Origin: Hydrolagus colliei
Lineage: Eukaryota
Assembly (NCBI GenBank): GCA_035084275.1
Contig: CM068750.1
Coordinates: 6,696,001-6,760,000 of the forward strand
Reading direction: 5' to 3'
DNA length: 64,000 nt
Under the pieces are notes generated by a model. The model made no database searches. It was not told the DNA's origin and saw only the letters and a list, made by a program, of their open reading frames with translations. This document shows, in pieces, positions 1-15,000 of the stretch (position 1 is its first letter; each line of letters starts with the position of its first letter). Position numbers and translations under genes: made by a program.

Positions 1-430
1 GATTATGTGATCTTAAACATCCTCCGGAACATGCTAGAAAGGCTAGTTGAGTGGGGTGTTGGAAAATTTGATGTGAGAAAGGTGTGAATGAAGATTTCAG
101 CTGAGTCGACGGGGGCAGTGGGAGGCGGGCAGTGTTGCACAGAGTGAAGACGGCAGATTAGTTCAGCGCCCGCATGGAAAGATTTGCAGAAGAGTTAAGG
201 GTTGAACAAGACACAGAGTTTACGCATAGGCTTCATGAGTTGGAGCAAGCATCCTCAGCGCCTGATGAAATAGCCTCAGTCTTGCTGACATTAAGATGGA
301 GCAGTTTACATCTCATCCAAGACTTTCCCTCCATGATGGTCCTGGAATAGGAGAAGGGAGAGCAATAATCAACATCTGGTGATCTAGATGTGAGCTGCAT
401 GTGTTCTGATAGATGGGCTTTGGACTTTAA
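1..430 (-). mobile_element. old L2-clade LINE reverse-transcriptase fragment
   Basis: minus strand reads WMRCKLLHLNVSKTEAI, resembling the L2 RT motif WMxxNxLxLNxxKTE; frame disrupted. Confidence 0.6.
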
Positions 431-2959
431 TGATCAGAGGTGACTGTTGCATTTGGAAGAATTTCAGGGATAGAAAGGAGTAACCCTACAAATAAAACAC
501 TTCCAAGCATTGCAAACAATCAATCGCCTATGATTGATCAATCCGTCCACCAATCATCATTTTCTCTATTTTCTATTCATGATTTCATGGCTGTATATAA
601 CATCCTACTTGCAGTGTGGGCTTGTGTAGCTCTCTGAATAAACGTTGTCGTGAGTAAATCTCAGTGGTTGCCTTCCTGAACATGTTGTAATTCTCAGCAG
701 GATTCATTTGATGCACTAGCCAGGTACACAGGCTATTTTAGTGCACTACAGGCCTGTCCCAATTAATGAAAATTACACAGTTCTTGTACACGCATAAATA
801 GCAGGGATAAGATTAGCTGGTATCATTACAGGAATATGTGATGTGAGAAACACTACAAGACAGTTTTAAATAACTACATTGATATATGAGATTCAAATTA
901 TTTTCTGTGTCTCGAGGCTTCATAATATACATCAAACTGCCTCACAAAACTGTTCAACGAAACGTAAATTGTATAATTGATGATTGTTTTGATAATTGGA
1001 TTGGGAGGAGCTATTCTTATCCCTTTGTCAAAAGCTGTACATTTCGATTTACTTGTTTTCAGCAAAGCTTGTAAAAGATACTCAGGGAGAAAGATACCAA
1101 TTACTCAAAGAGACTACACTAGATGCCAAATCGTGTGCATTGTTCTGTCATTTCTTTTGTTTTTACCCGGAAATATTTTCCATTTTGTTCATACTAAACC
1201 TTGCCTCTTACTCTGTGTGTGCTTTTTGGCTGAAGATGAGGTGATAACTAGAGAGAGATAACTGGCGGATTTTGGAAGGCATTTTGAGAAGGGAAGTAAT
1301 GACAGGAGTTTTGAAAGAGAGAGAAACCAGGCCAGAGGATAGGAAGACATGGCTGACATTGGCTACAGAATGACAAGGAGTGCCAGCTGGTTGAACAGGA
1401 TCAGTTTTGGAATTGGGTCAAGTAATGGATTTCACATGGGCTGTGAAGGAGGAGAAAGATCAAGGGGAGATAGGATTTCGGGCCCAAGCTCCCTTACGCC
1501 TTCCACCTTGCTCTCCTCTCTCTATTCCCCAATCTCCCTCCTTTGTTAGCTATTGTATCTCTTCATTCAAGGCCCATGTGAAATCCACTAATTAACACAA
1601 TTCCAAAACCACCCCTGTTCAACCAGCTGGCACTCCTTGTCATTCTGTAGTCAACGTCATCCATGTCTTCCTATCCCCTGGCCCGGTATCTGTCAAAATT
1701 GCTGTCATTACTTCCCGTCTCAAAATGCCTTCCAAGATCCGCCAGACTCTAGTTATCACCTCATCATCACCAGTCTCCTCTTCCTGCTCAAGGTGCTGGA
1801 ACTTGTCGTCATCGTCACTGGCACCTCTCATGACTAATCAGCAGAAGATATGCTTGTGTTGCTGTTGCCAACCTGCGCCTAATACTTTCCGGAATTAGAT
1901 AAGCAGGATGCGTCGCTCCAGGGTGAGAATACGCATTTCTTTCCAGTAAACATCTGTATTGATGGGATGAATGGAACTCTGTTTGGTTTGGATTAAGCGT
2001 GATGAAAGTCCACATCAGACTCCCAGCTGACTTGGCAGAGTAATTTGCCACATACTTTGTACTGGTGTCAATAACCCTATAAGCTTGCAACGACTGCAGG
2101 AAGTTGCTTGAGTTTAACAGAGGCCTTACACTAGAAAGTGTGTGCAGATTCTGAATACTGCTCAGGAGATTCAGCACAGAGATAGGTCATTTCAATGCAC
2201 ATGCTTCGTAGTGGAGGTTGACTCATCTGTTATTTGCGCTTACATTCCCGAAACAGCTCTGACTCCATGCAAATTCTCATTCCAGAAGCTTTGAAATGTT
2301 TGCACTGAAGTCATGATTTACCACTTTTGTGGGCGTATCTATCTTTAATAGTTTCTATATCGTGTGAACCACACCCTTGTGATCTGTACTTTGATCAGAC
2401 CAGCTGCGTTATTGAAATACGCACCTTTTGCAATCTGTTGTTTTGCAGCATGAAACCTACTTTTCCTGAACGCACAGTGAATGTGCAGCCTTTGCAGAGT
2501 TATTTCTGTGTGAATCCATGTGTCCCTTAGGTTGCTTTACACACTTCATCTGCGTAGCTTCACATTACAGGCATTCTTCTTCATCCGATCTCCAGAATTT
2601 TAAATATTGGGGGAATTATCATATGAGTGAAAGATGGGCTGCAATGCATCTACCATTCCAGATCTTAAAACATAGCCACCCATTTTTAAAGTGCTCGGTG
2701 ATTTTTAGTTTGATCTAATAGAACCTTCAAGCACTGAGTAACAACAAAATTGTGCAGTGATGGCCACTGTCTTTTCCATCCCCACCCCACCCCTCCTCCC
2801 CAACAAAATCTAAGGCAGGTATGGATTTGATACACAGGAATTCAATTGTATACGAGTAGAACTAGATGAAAAATACAATTTCTAAAAAGTACCATGAACT
2901 TCCTTCAGAAATAGAAACTTGGAGATTTCCTGTATCCCTATTCCCCATGGGTCAGTCAG

Positions 2960-3265
2960 TCATAGGAACAGGAGTAAGCCATTCAGCGCACGAGCCTCTT
3001 CCACCATTTAATTAGATCATGGCTGATCTGTATCTCTACTAATCCTTTCAATTCCAACTTCCTGCTTTCACCCTGTATCCTTCAATGACCCAACCTACCA
3101 AAAATCTGTCAACCTCACTCTTGAAGGTGTGGATGAATCCAGTATCTACAACCTTTTGGGGGAGAGAATTCTAGATTTCTACCACACTTTGAATGAAAAA
3201 ATGCTTTTTGATATCACTCTTAATTGACCTGGTTCTAATTTGAAGACGATGCCCGCTTGTTTTAG
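2960..3265 (-). mobile_element. CR1-type LINE 3' end
   Basis: cataggaacaggagtaagccattcagc...agatcatggctgatct pattern typical of shark CR1 ends; paralogous copy at about 61936. Confidence 0.7.
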
Positions 3266-6200
3266 TCTGGTTGCTCTAACGTCAGTCTTATCAGGTTTCA
3301 ACGTATAGTATATTAAAAAATTATTGGTAGTGCTTTTTGTTCTGCATCGCTTTCATTGTCTGTGATTGAATACTGTGCAAATATCTTTACCTAAAAAGGG
3401 GCACAACAGCTCCTTGGAATCTTGCAGCTTGCAACGACTCTGCCAATGCGGAGTTGATTTGTGCACATAAAACCAGGCCAGGAGCTGCCTGATGACGTGG
3501 GCAAGGCTACAGGTCTCTTATTTCATGGTGTCTGTGTTCAAACCAGAAGACAAGGGTGTAATGTTGAAACGTCTGAATAAACAGAACAAAAACCTTCAAA
3601 TTACACCAACCAAATCACTCCCTTTTTATCGTCCTTTTGCTTATTGAATATAGCACTAAGTAGCATGTGTTTTTTTTAAAAAAATCTAGATAATCTGTCT
3701 GGAGTAGTAAAGTTGCAAATGCACCAATTGGAAGGTCTCTATCAGCTGAATATGAGGTGTACATTTACTATTATTCAATGAATGTGGCAGGAATGGTGCA
3801 AAAAATCAATTAATATTGAAACCTGCAGGTAAACTGCTGTGAGCCACACTGACCCACAAGAACTCCACACCAAGGACCAGGAAGGTGATCGTGTTAGAGT
3901 TCTCGTAGTTGTTTTGACGCGCATCAAATTCACCAGCTCGATTCAAGATATTTATAGATCCTCTGCACACATCCTGTTACATCTCCTACACTTTAGATCC
4001 CAGTGTCCATAGGTACACATTTAAGTCCCGAGGCCTATTGGGACTTGGGTCTCAAATGAAAGTTGCAGAGAAAGAGCAAGGCAAGTCAAAACACTGAAAT
4101 TCAGCAATAATCCAGTTTCTGCCAGTTTGTGGACTAGATCATTTACCACAAACGCTGTCTCTGAAAGCCTTGTTAGCAACCAATTAGTGCCAGAAGAGTC
4201 CTCTTAAGTGTTTCATCGTGATAATGCACACAAGCTGTGCAACGACGCACAGTTACTTTAAATGCTCCAAGACGCCAACCCCGGAAAATGGAAGATGTTG
4301 TGACGGTGATCTTCACATGATTACATTGTGCGATTTGTAAACAAGTGAAAGAAAATATTGTCAGATCTATTTTTCTGAAGAGAGTACTCCTTTAAAAAAC
4401 ACAGTTAATTTAAGGTACTTGGAAGCTAATTATCGTTCAAGTACAGTGTCTGTCCTGGTCACTGTCAGATCCTACATTTGCACGTGGTGCGTGGAGCAGC
4501 ATAAGTCATGGGAGGACAGAGTGTGGTGAATTTAATTGGGGCCAAAGAAAACAAAAGTGATCACCAAGATTTAACAGTCCTGCATTTCATTTCCCTGCCT
4601 GCAGCTAACTGTTGCTTATTTTTTCCCCTGTTTTCACTTTTTTTTAAGTTGCCTGGGCCATTTGGCCTCTTGTCTGTTTGTTTAAGAAAGTTTGTTGAAC
4701 CAGGAAAGCAAGATGTGGCAGGAAAACTAGACAATTAGGTACAAATCTTGGCTCTGTGTATAGCAAATGAGGCAGATATTTTGTAAAGATAAATAAAATA
4801 GTCTGCTTCTGATTAATGGCACAGTTTAAAATACACCAACCAATAGAACAGATTGTGGTATAATAATGTATGGTTTGCAGATGCTTTTTAGTTTCTACAA
4901 ACTGGAATAACGGAGATGAAATATGAACTGGAGACCAGTTCGTAAGTAATTGAGAATCGAAGTCAATTCAAGTCAGCTGGTTTTCCCAGTTTGGAGCAGG
5001 CTGCACTTTGGATTACACTGGCTGGTCAGTGTCAGTCTTATGAATACTGATTAAAACTACGGAAACTGCACTGCACACAGTTGGAGAAAGATAGTTGCAG
5101 AATTCAGCAAAGCAGATTCTGTTGACTTCACTTTTCATTTCAGTGAGGCGTGCTCTGGATCTGATTCCAATTTGGATCAAGCTACATGTGCTTCAATTCT
5201 ACATTCTCATTGAGATTCACTTAGCTACGCGCCTTTTAAGTATTGATTTCATTTTAAACCTGGTCTAAATTGTACTGAATCCTTCTTTGATTTTTTTTAT
5301 TGTGAAGACAGTGAACTTCACAATCAAAACGTTTAATAGCTTATATAGGTACCTATTCATTTGTAGTAGAATTATTACTTGGTGTTGATTAAACTCAGAT
5401 TTTTAAAAAAAAAAGATATTTTCTTGGAGTTTCGAAGAGCGTATAGAACAAATAGGCAGACCATTACTGGGAAGTGACTTAGCCTAGTGCTTTCAGTATT
5501 AACAAATCAGCAGGAAAGTACCATACATGGAAATCCTTCTGCTTTAAACAGTTGAAGTAAACACAAGACTTGCCGGAGACTTGCAACATTTCCAGAAAGT
5601 TTGAAGGTACTGAAACATTTGAGCTGAGCATGTGGAAACCTTACAGTGGAATTGTGCACAGAAAAGGGCATCAGTTGATATCCTGGGTACTTTCATCGAC
5701 TTGATAGTTTGTATTTTTTACCATTAGTTCTTAAATATTTGAGACACTTGTGTGAAATGTTTATCGAATTTGGAATACACCATAAGGTCGGATTGCTGTC
5801 CCTGGTACACTGCTTTCCTTCAATGCATCTGTATGTGTTTTTTTAAATAATCGATCTTAATAATCTCATGGGCTGGTTTGTGATGTGCCTGGATGCTGGA
5901 GGCGGGTGTCAGTGTGGATGCTGATAACCAGTGTACTCCATGTCATTGAAGCGTGATGACCTTCACATTGAAGGATTAACAATTGTGTTACCATTACAGC
6001 ACATTTATTGAGAATAATTCATGTTCGAGTTAGTAACTGGAGGAATCGATGGTCGGTATATATTTATTTAAATGGTAAGATTTCTGAGCGATGTAGGAGA
6101 GTTCTTTAAACCCATAGAAGGCCATGTTTACTGTAACTTCAAGTTCTTGTAGTAAGAAGGTTGTACAGCTACAGCCAACAGCCCTAACTATCAAACTGTT

Positions 6201-6736
6201 AGTATTTCTACGGCACCTGTGAGATAAACAGGAAAACCTCAACATCCTGTTCTCTGTAAATGTGCACATTACTCTTGACAGGATAGCAGTTTCGCTGTGA
6301 TGGTTGTCAGTTTCCATTCAACCAGTCTTGTTTGTCTAATTTCACCTCTTTGCTTATTAACAATTCACAGTCCTTAAACACAGTTCCAACATATCAAGCT
6401 TAATCTGTAAACGGCCTTGACCACGGTTGTGTTGTTAAACTAATTCTTTTGTATGTTCTACAGCATTTCTAGACTAACCAGTAATTAAATATAAATGCTG
6501 AATGTGATGATTTTGCAAAATATCTGCGTTGAGCTGCTGGAAATAGTAGAGCTCAGATTTTGTCTCTTTTAGTGCACCAAGGGTCAAAATCAAGCACTCC
6601 TAGGTTAGATGAAAAGTAATATAATTTACCCTCTGTTCTACCACACACTAGTAGGTGGAATGTTCTTATGGAATGTTGGTATCCATTTCAATGCGGTCTT
6701 ATTCCAAATAGTTATCGGAATATGACTTTTATTTTA

Positions 6737-7037
6737 TAATATTAATCTTTGCATTTGATATAGCACTTCACTCTTTTAGGCGTCTCAATGCGCTTCACAG
6801 AATATATAATGTAAAGTGAATTGAATGTATATTTATGGGTGAAACGTGGCAGCCAATTATGCACAGCAGTGTCCCACAAACAGTCGTGGATTGAAATGAC
6901 CAATTTATTATAGTGTTTTTTTTAGAGAGATTATTTTTAGGCGTGTGAAGTAAGGAAACTTGCCCAAGGTTTCATCCTGCCTGGATTTGAACACTGGTCT
7001 CACGCTTCTAAGACGAGTGCTCTAACCACTGAGCCAC
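6737..7037 (-). mobile_element. tRNA-derived Deu-type SINE (SINE2-1_CM-like), near full length
   Basis: matches copies at 19292, 45262, 57164, 57790, 60686; A/B-box head, core, (TTA)n tail. Confidence 0.85.
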
Positions 7038-7264
7038 TGAGATCATGGATTTCCAGAGCATGTTGGGATTTCATCAGAGTATTTGGAAATAAATAGTGTG
7101 GTAAAAGTAACAATGCAGTTGTCTCCCTGGGGTCAAAGAGTCAGAAGGGAACAAACACAGGAAAACAGTATTGTGAATGCTCAGATCAGTTAAGGAGACT
7201 AACAATTAGCTTTTGTGCTCTTACCACAGCTCAGTTTGCTTTAAGCCATCACCTCATGAGGAGC

Positions 7265-7560
7265 TAAGCCATGTTGACCTCAGTCAGACCCCAGGCTGCG
7301 TTCAGTTATCTGATCTCTGGGAATGTAGTTGGAACATTACAGTTGGATTCAGTTTTCCTGAACGCGGGAAGTGGAAAATTAACCAATGTTCCCATTCCTG
7401 TTCATTATCCAATGATGCCCCCATAGTTTAACAGTCTGCCATCACTCAGTCCCTGGCTCATACATGAGGGTACTTGGGCAAGGAATCAAAAGGTAGCTGA
7501 TGTCCATGGAATCAAATCAACATGAACACCTTCCCCAAAAAAGGGAAGAGAATTTGAGAA
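7265..7560 (+). mobile_element. AmnSINE2-like ancient SINE
   Basis: similar to 19815, 28575, 59940 (agttatctgatctc...acagttgg...gttcccattcctg); family name from recall of consensus. Confidence 0.5.
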
Positions 7561-7826
7561 GGTTTCTAGGCAGCTCTGAGAGAATCCAGGGTAGATTTGG
7601 AGATACAGTATAAACATGCAAGACAAACAACATTAAATTACATTTGTATAGCACCTTTTAAGTCAGGAGGACATTCCAAGGTGTCCATAATGGGTAAGGT
7701 GGATTTGAATGGATAAGCATTGTGAGACTGTTCCATATTTATATAATTGGTGTGTATTTACATATTTATCAAATAACTTTTATGCTTTGATTTCCAGTGT
7801 AATCAACAATCGCAACTAGAGGTCCA

Positions 7827-7913
7827 ATGGCAAGCAACAACACGGCAAGCATAGCACAAGCTAGGAAAATGGTTGAACAGTTGAAAATGGAAGCCAATAT
7901 CGATAGAATAAAG
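7827..7913 (+). CDS. GNG2: GNG2 coding exon 1
   Basis: ATG 7827; upstream acceptor tttccag ends 7797; donor AAG|gtgag. Confidence 0.96.
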
Positions 7914-10118
7914 GTGAGAAAACATTCCATTTCATTCATGTAAATTTGTTTTTTCATTTGGTATTCCCAGATCAGTTAAAGAAATAATTATCTTTCTCTA
8001 TTTGCAAATGATAAAGGTCCAATTATGTACTGAGTATGTAGTCTACAATAATGAGTAACAATTAATAACTTTGTTAGCATTTCTGCTGATCTGCAGACAA
8101 AATGTACAAATAATCCACCCACATCTTTCTCTGTATGAACTTTCCAGCAATGAACTTCTCCATTCAGTAGAATTCTGTTGTTTTGCTGACTGTTCAAGAG
8201 TAATGATTGACAAGTGTCTGAATTATACCAGTGTCCTGCAAAAATCATGTGTGTGAGCGATCTGAATTCTCAAAATAAGCACAGGTAGAAAATATGAATT
8301 TGACACAACATTGAGCCAATATGAATCTCCCAAGCGATTCCATAGTGAATAGTACACTAGTGTGGGGTGATCATTCAACACTGTGAAGCGTCTTTAGGAC
8401 CCACCCACTCCCCCGACTGTAAAGACGCTAGAGAAATATAAATTTTATTGTACTGATTGCCGAACACATAATTCACCGATACAAGAGGACAAAAGTTATG
8501 GATCTTTTGCACAAATGAAACAAATCCGGTAATAAATAGGTAAATGCCGGTAAAGTAATTTTCTGTTTGTTATGAAAAAAATCATATGAATTACCAGTAG
8601 ATTTTTTAAAAACAAATGTTGCCACAACATTTTATTTTTTTAAAAAGTGGAAAAACATAACCATTGGTGGTTTATACTGTAATGATGAGGTTGAAGTAAC
8701 AGTTCTGCTTTTTGACTTTTCTGATATGAGTTTGTAGTTGGCTATTCCATTCCACGAAACGGATTTGGCCTATGGGCAGTCACACTGCAATGTGCACGTG
8801 ACATTGGACGTGTTATTTATACAAGTGTGAAGTAATTCTTTTGGGGTTTAAAAATAATTTCAAGTAATTAACATTTTCCGAGCTTGATGCTAAAAATGGG
8901 TTCTTTTGGGGCAACATTGATTTGCTCCCAGGAACATGTGACAAACAGCCTCCAAGAAAAAATGTTTACACACATAGTATTTGAGAAGCAAATTCTCCGT
9001 TCATACTGTACTCATGATTATCACATTAAAAATATATTAAAAACTTTGAGTGCAATTTTTAATGTAATTTCATTTTTCTATTAAGGCAGCGTGAATTGCT
9101 TATTGCTAACCAGAAGCTCCAAACCCATCAGGCATTAACCTGCAAGTGAAATTTGCATTAAAATGTTAAGATTGTGGAAGATTATTCAATTGAGTCTCTG
9201 TTGGATGACAGCTTTCCATGGTTACTAAAAAGAACTGGATTCAAATTAAGACTGAATTGGAGGATTTTTCTCAAGTTTGTGTAACCTTAAATTTTAAGAC
9301 AGCAAATTGCAACTAGGTTTTATTTTGTGTCTCCTCTGGTACCTCAATCATACTTTTAATGATCGAAAGAAAAGTGCAGAGCAGTTCTGTTTTTACAAAA
9401 TGAACTAAATTTATAACTGGAGAATCACCATTTTATTTTAGAAATACAGTATTGCTAAGGAAACCCCCCCCCCCACTAACTACAGCACAAGCTGAAAGAG
9501 GAAGCACGGCAATTTGAAGTGGTCTGGGTTGAGTTTTTATATTGTTAATGTGATGATCATGAGTGTGAAAAGAGAACTTGTTTTTTAAATGTCACATGCG
9601 TAAGAGGGAGGAGTTGCACTTTAGAATAGTGGTGGTTAATCCATGGCACGTCAAGGTGTCTCCCCACCGAACCTGCCCTCCAAACATTTGCATGAGTCCA
9701 TCTTTGACAGGTAGTGAGTTTTTCACAAAATATTCAATCCTTGAATCCTTCCAAAATAATGTAATATAATAATAATGATAGAATTTCCAAGCTTATCATC
9801 AATAACAACACCATTACATTTGTATAGCGCCTTTCACGTCGGGAAGACATCCCTTCCCTTGTTGACATTTTCTGGAACAAAATTAAAATCTCAACTACTC
9901 TTTTTTTGGCATATTCAAATAAAAATTGTCACCTCCTATCAGCACTGCATCAAACAAACTCTAACCAGACTTGTACCTTTACATTTCAGGTGTCCAAAGC
10001 AGCTTCAGATTTGATGGTTTTCTGTGACGCTCACTCTAAGGAAGATCCTCTACTGACACCGGTTCCTGCATCAGAAAATCCCTTCAGAGAGAAGAAGTTC
10101 TTCTGTGCTATTCTGTAA
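7827..10118 (+). CDS. GNG2: G protein gamma-2 subunit, join(7827..7913,9990..10118), 71 aa
   Basis: [29 protein letters not shown]|[42 protein letters not shown]; GT-AG phase-0 intron; C-terminal CAAX (CAIL); near-identical to vertebrate GNG2; syntenic with RTRAF/NID2. Confidence 0.97.
9990..10118 (+). CDS. GNG2: GNG2 coding exon 2
   Basis: acceptor tttcag|GTG; ends FFCAIL TAA. Confidence 0.96.
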   Translation: MSKAASDLMVFCDAHSKEDPLLTPVPASENPFREKKFFCAIL

Positions 10119-11959
10119 AAGGCAGATGGGCCTGAAAAGCAGGCTATTTTGAACAGTGATGTAGAATTTTACCAATGTGGACACATTCCTGTCTGCAGAA
10201 TTTTTAACAAAGCCTGGAAGCTACAGGGATGTGCATGTTTAAGGAATCTTGTCACCTTATCGGGAAAGGAAGCAGAAGAACTACATCATGAAAACAGAGA
10301 TTCTGAAACAGCTTAGAATGAAAGAGTGTAGAGATAATGTATCACTTTTTTGCTCTTGCAAAGAGCATAAGTTATGTTTGATCGTTTGATGTGTAAAGTA
10401 TGACAGTTGTTCTAAGCAAGGTAAATAACTGAGGAGTTGTATAATTTTGTTGGAATGGTAATCGTTGTTCAATATAATTTTTATTTAAGTTAAATGGACA
10501 AGTATTGAAATAAGGTAGATTACTGTGGTGTTGTACCTTAACATTTGGTTATGTGCTTTTTGCATTAGAGTAGCACAATGAAATGCTGGACTTTGCTTTG
10601 AGAGCTGAACTGCGAGGAAAAGAAATGTTACTAACAAGCATTTGGCTAATGATATGTCATTTGCGAAACACAAAAAGCTGCCAGATTGTGTAATTTCTTA
10701 GATTCTTATTAGTGCTTGTCTAACATTTGTGTTTAGTAGCTTACAATTTCAGCTAGTACTAGTAATTCATGTGCTGTGATTAGTGATCCTCATACCTGTT
10801 ACACAAGAAGAGAACTGCATGAAAACATTCCAATTCATTGGCCTTTTTTATGAGTTATTTTAGCAGCTTTGAAATCATGTGATGTAAATATGCAAACCTT
10901 AAGGTTTTCATTTCAGATCTTAACTGCTGATGAAGCACAGCCTATTTCTTGAAGGTCCTGTTCTCTTACTAATGCTTGTGAACACTATAAGATATAATAT
11001 CTGTCATTAATTAAATCATTCATAAGATGTTTACATCACCTTAAATATTGTTAAAAAAAACTAATGGTTTATTGGAAACAAAACCTGCATGCAAACAAGA
11101 GTACATAGACATACATGGCAGCGTTCGAAAAGCTTTGATCACCGTTTTTTGGCAAATACCTTTGTATACAAAGTACTGAAAATACAACACAACTGCTAAA
11201 GGCATTTCTCTTAGTTTATTGGACTTTAGATGGAAAAAAATATTCATTTAGGAACTCTCGTTTTAAAAAACATCTCTTGATGCAGTAGTTGTGTGTATCT
11301 TTTTTATCCGACTGAAACAGCAGAAAGGGTTATTAATTAGCCAGTGTAATATGCAGATGGGCAAGCAGGTCTCAACCTCCCTGGATGATCAGACGATTTT
11401 ACCTCAGGCTATTTCACCGTCTTTTAACGAACCCTTTTGATATTTTCAGATATGTATTTTTACTCTATTGATAATTTTATTAGATCTGCATGTGCTACCG
11501 CTGCCACTACACTGCCAAACAGGCCCTCTGCTTCATTTTTGATCCTGTAGACAGCATTGGTTTAACCATTGCATTGGTGCACGCCGGCACAAGAAGGGGT
11601 GGGGTTACCGTCAAAACAAAGCAAACTACAATTACATTGAAAAACATTTTGCCATTATTCACATTCTAAAATGAGAAAGATTGACATGTATGACTATGGA
11701 TTGTTGGAGTCTTAACTTTTCCGTAATAAACGTGTGTTCATGGCAGCAGTGAGTGGTAGTGCCTGAGTCCGCCAGGAATGCTTTATATATGACAGCAAGA
11801 ATAAAAGGGATGTGTGAATTTTCTTGAAATTGAGTACATTGTAGAAATGTGTTATTGTATTTCTGGTTGTACACCCTTGTCAGCTTTGAATAGGGAACCT
11901 TGGAACGAAGTACGATGTCGTGCACATTTTCATGCCATGTGAATAATGTATCAGTTTTA

Positions 11960-11965
11960 AATAAA
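11960..11965 (+). terminator. candidate GNG2 polyadenylation signal
   Basis: AATAAA at the end of an about 1.8 kb AT-rich UTR-like stretch; other AATAAA hexamers occur upstream. Confidence 0.4.
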
Positions 11966-14339
11966 ACCTTCAAACTATTTCAATTCTAGATATCTTAAAC
12001 TGCCTAGTATTGTACACAGTGTGCTTTCCTAATACATCTGTCTAGAAACTACTGTGTGAATATTAAAGATGATAATATCCTTTGCAACATTTTGCGCTAC
12101 ACTAGCAAGACTAGTGTGTTGATGGCTGGTGCTTGTCAATTGAGTATGACGAGGTGTCACAGTGGTGACAATGGCTTTTCATTCATCCAGCATCCCACCA
12201 CTCCCATCAGCCCGCAAATCCCAGCCAACAGGGTCCCAAGACACCCAGCATGGTGCAAACACAGCCAGCAGTCCATAGGGACATCCTATCCCCCATCAAA
12301 TCTCAAACACGCCAAAGAGATTCTCCAAAAGAACGCAATAGAATACAAGATTCAATTTGTCTCATTTAAGAATTTTAGATGGTTGAGAGTATCACAGACT
12401 AGTCCATTGTAGGTCACAATTCTTGACAGATACAGTGAATGCTTTGAAGCTTGCAGTATACTTAGCATGGTACACTTGGAAAGAGACATTCCTTATATAA
12501 TTTTTTAGGATTTCTTGCAGGAAGAACACAAACACATAATATTACAAGATATACTTTCGAACTACTGTACTTTGTGGGCTCCAGCTGAAAGAGATGCCAT
12601 CTGGTGGTGAACACTTATGCTCCCAGAGTACTTTGGGGAAGAAATTAAACTGCGAAAACAGTTTTCCTGGTCAGATTTGAATACAGTATTCTGTTTAAAC
12701 ATAAAGGATGTATAAAAAGTTAACAACTATTACATGTACTAAACACCAGAAAGCCACTGAAAGTTTAATTTGTTCAGGCATGAACTTAAAAACTAAATGG
12801 CTGAGCAACACTATTTCATATAATAAAATTGGCACAGACATCAATATGTACAGTATTATGTTATCTAATTTGGGATTTTGATTTATAATTAATGAACAAA
12901 CACAAAGGCAGTTTCTCTCCTTAATCTGTTTCCATTCCAGCCTTTACAAACCCTAGATTATGAAGTTCCTAAACAGCTTCTTAGTCTTTAAGCTTTTTCC
13001 TACAAATTGGCAACAGTGACATTATCAGAATCAGGAATAAATGCTTCTGGTCTTAAGAGTGCTGAGGAGAAAGAGAGTACAGTGACTGAAGCATGCAGTG
13101 TATTAGGAAATGCCATAAATTTGAAACCCCAGTGGTGAAATATATATATTTAAAAAGTATAACTATCTTACTGAGCTCAAACAACTTCACCATTTACTAC
13201 GGTGGGTCTTTTCTGGAGGTTAACCATTCTAACTTGTTATTACTTAAGCTTGAGGAACAGTCTGACGATGAATGGGTCATGCATCGATTCTGAGAAAACA
13301 TTTAGTGTACAAAGACTGAACTGAGTAAAATTCTCCATGACGGGCCCCATTTCTGGGTAATTGCCAATTTCCATCACCTACATTAGCAAGTTTCCACCCC
13401 CCTACGTACCCCCACAACTTAAAATAAAGCAAAAAAGGGGGAGAATGTTCAGATATTTATTGAAAATACACAACTCAATTGCTTTTTTTTAAATCAGCCC
13501 ACAGCAGCCTTAGGAAGATAGACTGGTGGATTTCTAAATGCTTTCTTCATCCTACATTTTAATAATTTCTCAATACAGTCATTGTTAGACGTATCAAGTG
13601 ACAGACTGGGCTTTATTGCAAAGGGCACTGCAAAGCCGACTGCAATCTACTCCATGGAAGAAGTTATGGAACATAATTTAAAATAATGCTTGGTAGAAAG
13701 CATTCTACTTTCTTACTAATTAAAGGGCGAAGGAAAGGTTTGGTATTAATCCAAAGATTTATAAAGTGTTACTTGAGCATCTAAAATGAAGTATCCTGAA
13801 GCATTCCACGTAATGTTAAACGTTCCTGCCCATATGAGGTTTTGATATTCAGCTTGTTATAAATCATGTGAAGCACTTTGAAACATCCTCTCAATGTGAA
13901 AAGTGTTTTACCATAGGCAAGGAATATTATAATCACTTAATTTCAAATCTATTATGTTTGACCATTCATTAGGTAAAAATCCTATAATTTGGTAATGATG
14001 GGTGCAACAGTTTGCTGCATACCTTTATGTTTTGGTCCTCCTGGAAGTAGAGTAAATGACAATTAATCCATTGTGTAGTGTGGGTTTAGATGAGTGGTGC
14101 AAAGGTTCGGAGGAAAATTATGACAATGTAATCCTATCTTCACAGGTTATATATTTTTACAAATCTATCTATGTGTATTTAGAATTAGTGCCAGAAGTTA
14201 AAAATAGGAATTGGTGGATAACTTCACAATCCTGCAGACTGTATTTGCTACCCAACTACAGATGTTATGGTTTATAGCCTACACATCTTTCTTAGTAATT
14301 AATATGCCCAAAATATCATAATCTCCATGAACAGATGTT

Positions 14340-14568
14340 AGCTCTTTCTGACAACAAGAATTTCCGGGCACCCAGCGAATAAATGCTGTCCTTTACCCAC
14401 CCTTTTCTCTGAACCAGATGAGTTCTTAGTTTAGCATCTCATCTGATGGACGGCACATCAAACAACACTTTCGACGGAATGTCAGCCCAGACTAGTGTGA
14501 GTTCAGATTCCTAATGGAACCCGCATTGTTCTAACTTAGAGGGGAGAATGGTATCAACTGAGTCTAAA
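14340..14568 (-). mobile_element. old DeuSINE (SacSINE1/AmnSINE1-like)
   Basis: minus strand gctgacattcc...gtgccgtccatcagatgagatgctaaac Deu-domain motif. Confidence 0.6.
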
Positions 14569-14914
14569 CGCATGGGAAAGAAAATCAATGTATGTTCACA
14601 CACACCAACAACACACTGACAGGTTATGAGCACGTGTGAAGGGAACAGTGTGCCATGTATGTCAAGGGGGTCCAACCTTCTGGTTGCTGAGACCTGGATG
14701 ACAGATTAGAAAAGTATCCAAGGGCCACATTGCAATATGTTTGTGTTTCCCCTCCAGAAACACAATCCATAAGAATCATATGGGAATCCGATGTTTTAAA
14801 TTGTGTAACTGTATTACTACCCAATCTCTTTTAATTACAATTCTAGATATAAGTTTTAAATGTGTGTGTAACGAAAAACGTTAAGAAATTATATTAAATT
14901 ATAATAGCTCCTCT

Positions 14915-15000
14915 ATCCGCCCACAAATATATACACTTTACAGTATATTCTGTGAAGCGCTTTGAGACGTCTGGAAAACGTGTAAAGCGCGATATCAATT
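14915..15000 (+). mobile_element. SINE 3' fragment
   Basis: cagtatattctgtgaagcgctttgagacgtc. Confidence 0.8.
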
